From the NCBI RefSeq assembly GCF_028696615.1, contig NZ_JAQVGQ010000002.1, positions 1 through 42,290 on the forward strand: 42,290 nt of DNA. The letters are read 5' to 3'. The translations under genes were made by a program, and so were the position numbers. Source of the stretch: Immundisolibacter sp. GTDB lineage: Bacteria; Pseudomonadota; Gammaproteobacteria; Immundisolibacterales; Immundisolibacteraceae. Shown piece after piece: positions 40,650-42,290 of this stretch. Within the stretch, counting starts at the first letter, position 1; the number at the start of each line of letters is the position of its first letter. Below the pieces are notes generated by a model. The model saw nothing but the letters and a program-made list of their open reading frames with translations. It was not told where the DNA came from and did not search any database.

Positions 40650-41048
40650 ATGCCCAACCCGCTACCGCCAGACTCGTCCCCGCTACCGGCCGGCGCACGC
40701 CTCACCCCGGCCCGCCGGACCGTGCTCGCGCACCTGCGGGCGGCGAGCGCGGCCCTCAGCCACCCGGAATTGCTGGCCGCGCTGCCGCAGCTCGACAAGG
40801 TCACCCTCTACCGCACGCTCGACTGGCTGGTCGCGCAGGGGCTGGTGCATCGGCTGATCGGCGAGGACCGGGTCGGGCGCTTTCACGCCGCTGCCGCGGA
40901 CAGCGCCGCCGATGCGCATTTCCAGTGCCTGCGCTGTGGCCGCACGCTGTGCCTCACGGCTTCGGAGCCTGCTCCGAAGCTGCCGCCCGGCTTCAGGGTG
41001 GAGCGAGTCGAAATCGTGGTGCGTGGCTACTGCCCGGACTGCTCCTGA
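40650..41048 (+). CDS. zur: Fur-family regulator, probably Zur
   Basis: RLTPAR, TLYRTL, GLVHR, HFQCLRC and GYCPDC (two CxxC). Sits in a zinc-uptake neighbourhood next to GCAAC-N3-GTTGC boxes. Confidence 0.75.
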   Translation: MPNPLPPDSSPLPAGARLTPARRTVLAHLRAASAALSHPELLAALPQLDKVTLYRTLDWLVAQGLVHRLIGEDRVGRFHAAAADSAADAHFQCLRCGRTLCLTASEPAPKLPPGFRVERVEIVVRGYCPDCS

Positions 41049-41050
41049 TC

Positions 41051-41104
41051 GCAACTCGGTTGCATTCTTGCCGGACGCAGAACAAAATGCAAGCAAGTTG
41101 CATT
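41051..41104. promoter_or_regulatory. Tandem Zur-like operator boxes upstream of the second COG0523 gene
   Basis: GCAAC-TCG-GTTGCATT (41051-41066) and AATGCAAG-CAA-GTTGCATT (41086-41104). Confidence 0.8.
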
Positions 41105-41138
41105 CATCCCATTCCGGCGACCGGTCAGGAGCCAACCC

Positions 41139-42137
41139 ATGGAACGCGATGTCCCCATTCCCGTCACCGTGCTGACCGGCTTCCTCGGCGCCGGCAAGAC
41201 CACCGTGCTCAACCACGTGCTGCGGGCCGCCCACGGCCAGCGTATCGCCGTGATCGAGAACGAATTCGGCGCCGCCGGCATCGACAACGAACTGCTGGAG
41301 CAGCCGCAGGGCGAGGAAATCGTCGAAATGAACAACGGCTGCCTGTGCTGCACCGTGCGCGGCGACCTGGTGCGCATCCTCGGCCGCCTGCACGAACGCC
41401 GCGCCCTGGGCGAGATTCGCTTCGACCGGGTGCTGATCGAGACCACCGGCCTAGCCGACCCGGCCCCGGTGGCACAGACCTTCTTCATCGAAGACAGCAT
41501 TCGCGAGCACTACCGGCTGGACGCTATCGTGACCGTGGTCGACGCTCGCCATGCCCACCTGCAGCTGAGCCTGCACGGCGAAGCACAGGAGCAGGTTGCT
41601 TTCGCCGATCGGTTGTTGATCAGCAAGAGCGACCTGGTCGATGAGCCCACTGTGGCGGCGCTGCGTGGGCGCCTGGCGAGCATGAATCCACGTGCCACCC
41701 AGCACCTGGTGCGACACGGATATATCGATCTGGACGAAATTCTCGACATCCACGGCTTTCAGCTCGACGAGGCATTGCGCCTGGATCCGCAGTTCCTGGC
41801 CGACGCTAGCCACCATCACGATGACGCCGTATCGTCCTGGGTCTACCGCAGCACGCAGCCGTTCGATCTGGGCAAGCTGGAAGGTTGTCTGGCGCTGTTG
41901 ACGGGCACCTTTGGCACGCAGCTGATGCGCTACAAGGGTGTGCTCTACGTCGTGAATGACGACCGACGGCTGTACTTTCAGGGCGTCCAGGCCATGTACG
42001 GCGGCACCCCGGGACGGCCATGGACGCCCGACGACGAACGCGCCAGCACGCTGGTATTCATTGGCCGCGACATGCCCTGGGGGTTGGTGCAAGACCTGGT
42101 GGCGGCCTGCCACCAAGACGTCGAAACCGTGGCTTGA
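41139..42137 (+). CDS. COG0523/CobW-family zinc-chaperone GTPase (YjiA/ZigA-like)
   Basis: GFLGAGKTT, ENEFG, GCLCC, ETTGLADP, SKSD, HHHDD, RYKG, FQGV and LVFIG motifs; AGGAG RBS. Confidence 0.93.
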   Translation: MERDVPIPVTVLTGFLGAGKTTVLNHVLRAAHGQRIAVIENEFGAAGIDNELLEQPQGEEIVEMNNGCLCCTVRGDLVRILGRLHERRALGEIRFDRVLIETTGLADPAPVAQTFFIEDSIREHYRLDAIVTVVDARHAHLQLSLHGEAQEQVAFADRLLISKSDLVDEPTVAALRGRLASMNPRATQHLVRHGYIDLDEILDIHGFQLDEALRLDPQFLADASHHHDDAVSSWVYRSTQPFDLGKLEGCLALLTGTFGTQLMRYKGVLYVVNDDRRLYFQGVQAMYGGTPGRPWTPDDERASTLVFIGRDMPWGLVQDLVAACHQDVETVA

Positions 42138-42159
42138 GCGCGCAAATAGGCGACAGTGA

Positions 42160-42290
42160 GCACCGGGTTCTACCCCGAAATCACGGACGGTTGCAAAAGA
42201 GTTGAGAACTTCTGGTCCTGCCTTGCGACTCTTCGCCTCATCCTTGGGTTGTGGAACCGCTCGATGTATTCGAACACATCGGCCCTCGCC
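42160..42290 (-). mobile_element. Right end of an IS3-family element (transposase C-terminus, stop at 42170-42172; rest outside the window)
   Basis: Minus-strand translation ARADVFEYIERFHNPRMRRR...PSVISG* is the IS3 OrfB tail. The stop lies inside the IR-like gggttctaccccgaaatcacggac; the exact tip is uncertain. Confidence 0.88.

Overview
High-GC gammaproteobacterial chromosomal segment, mostly housekeeping. Housekeeping content: ispH, mltD, ppsR, a glycogen cluster (malQ-glgC divergent from glgB-glgA), lgt with a CPA2 antiporter, yyaL, lptD-surA-pdxA-rsmA-rsmE, a HAD hydrolase divergent from rppH, hemX-hemY-like genes and a CNNM/CorC transporter. Two accessory modules stand out. (1) ~12.0-18.0 kb: an aromatic-catabolism cassette with two divergent Rieske oxygenase alpha/beta pairs, a CMD-VOC fusion carrying an internal RBS, and a tandem-VOC protein. 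It has no ferredoxin, reductase or regulator and is bracketed by IS-end/MITE-like sequences. (2) ~35.3-42.1 kb: a zinc/metal-homeostasis locus with a Zur-like regulator, tandem Zur-like boxes, two COG0523 GTPases, a ZIP transporter, a His-tailed outer-membrane barrel and an ABC SBP plus permease with no ATPase. An internal DUF2946-like CxxC/RAPP leader ORF probably gates the uptake genes through ribosome stalling; this is the best candidate for a new system. Also present: a 1-nt frameshift separating the SurA signal peptide from its body, a TGA-targeting MITE family (full and internally deleted copies), and an IS3-family end at the right edge. All calls come from motif recognition by eye; no database searches were run.
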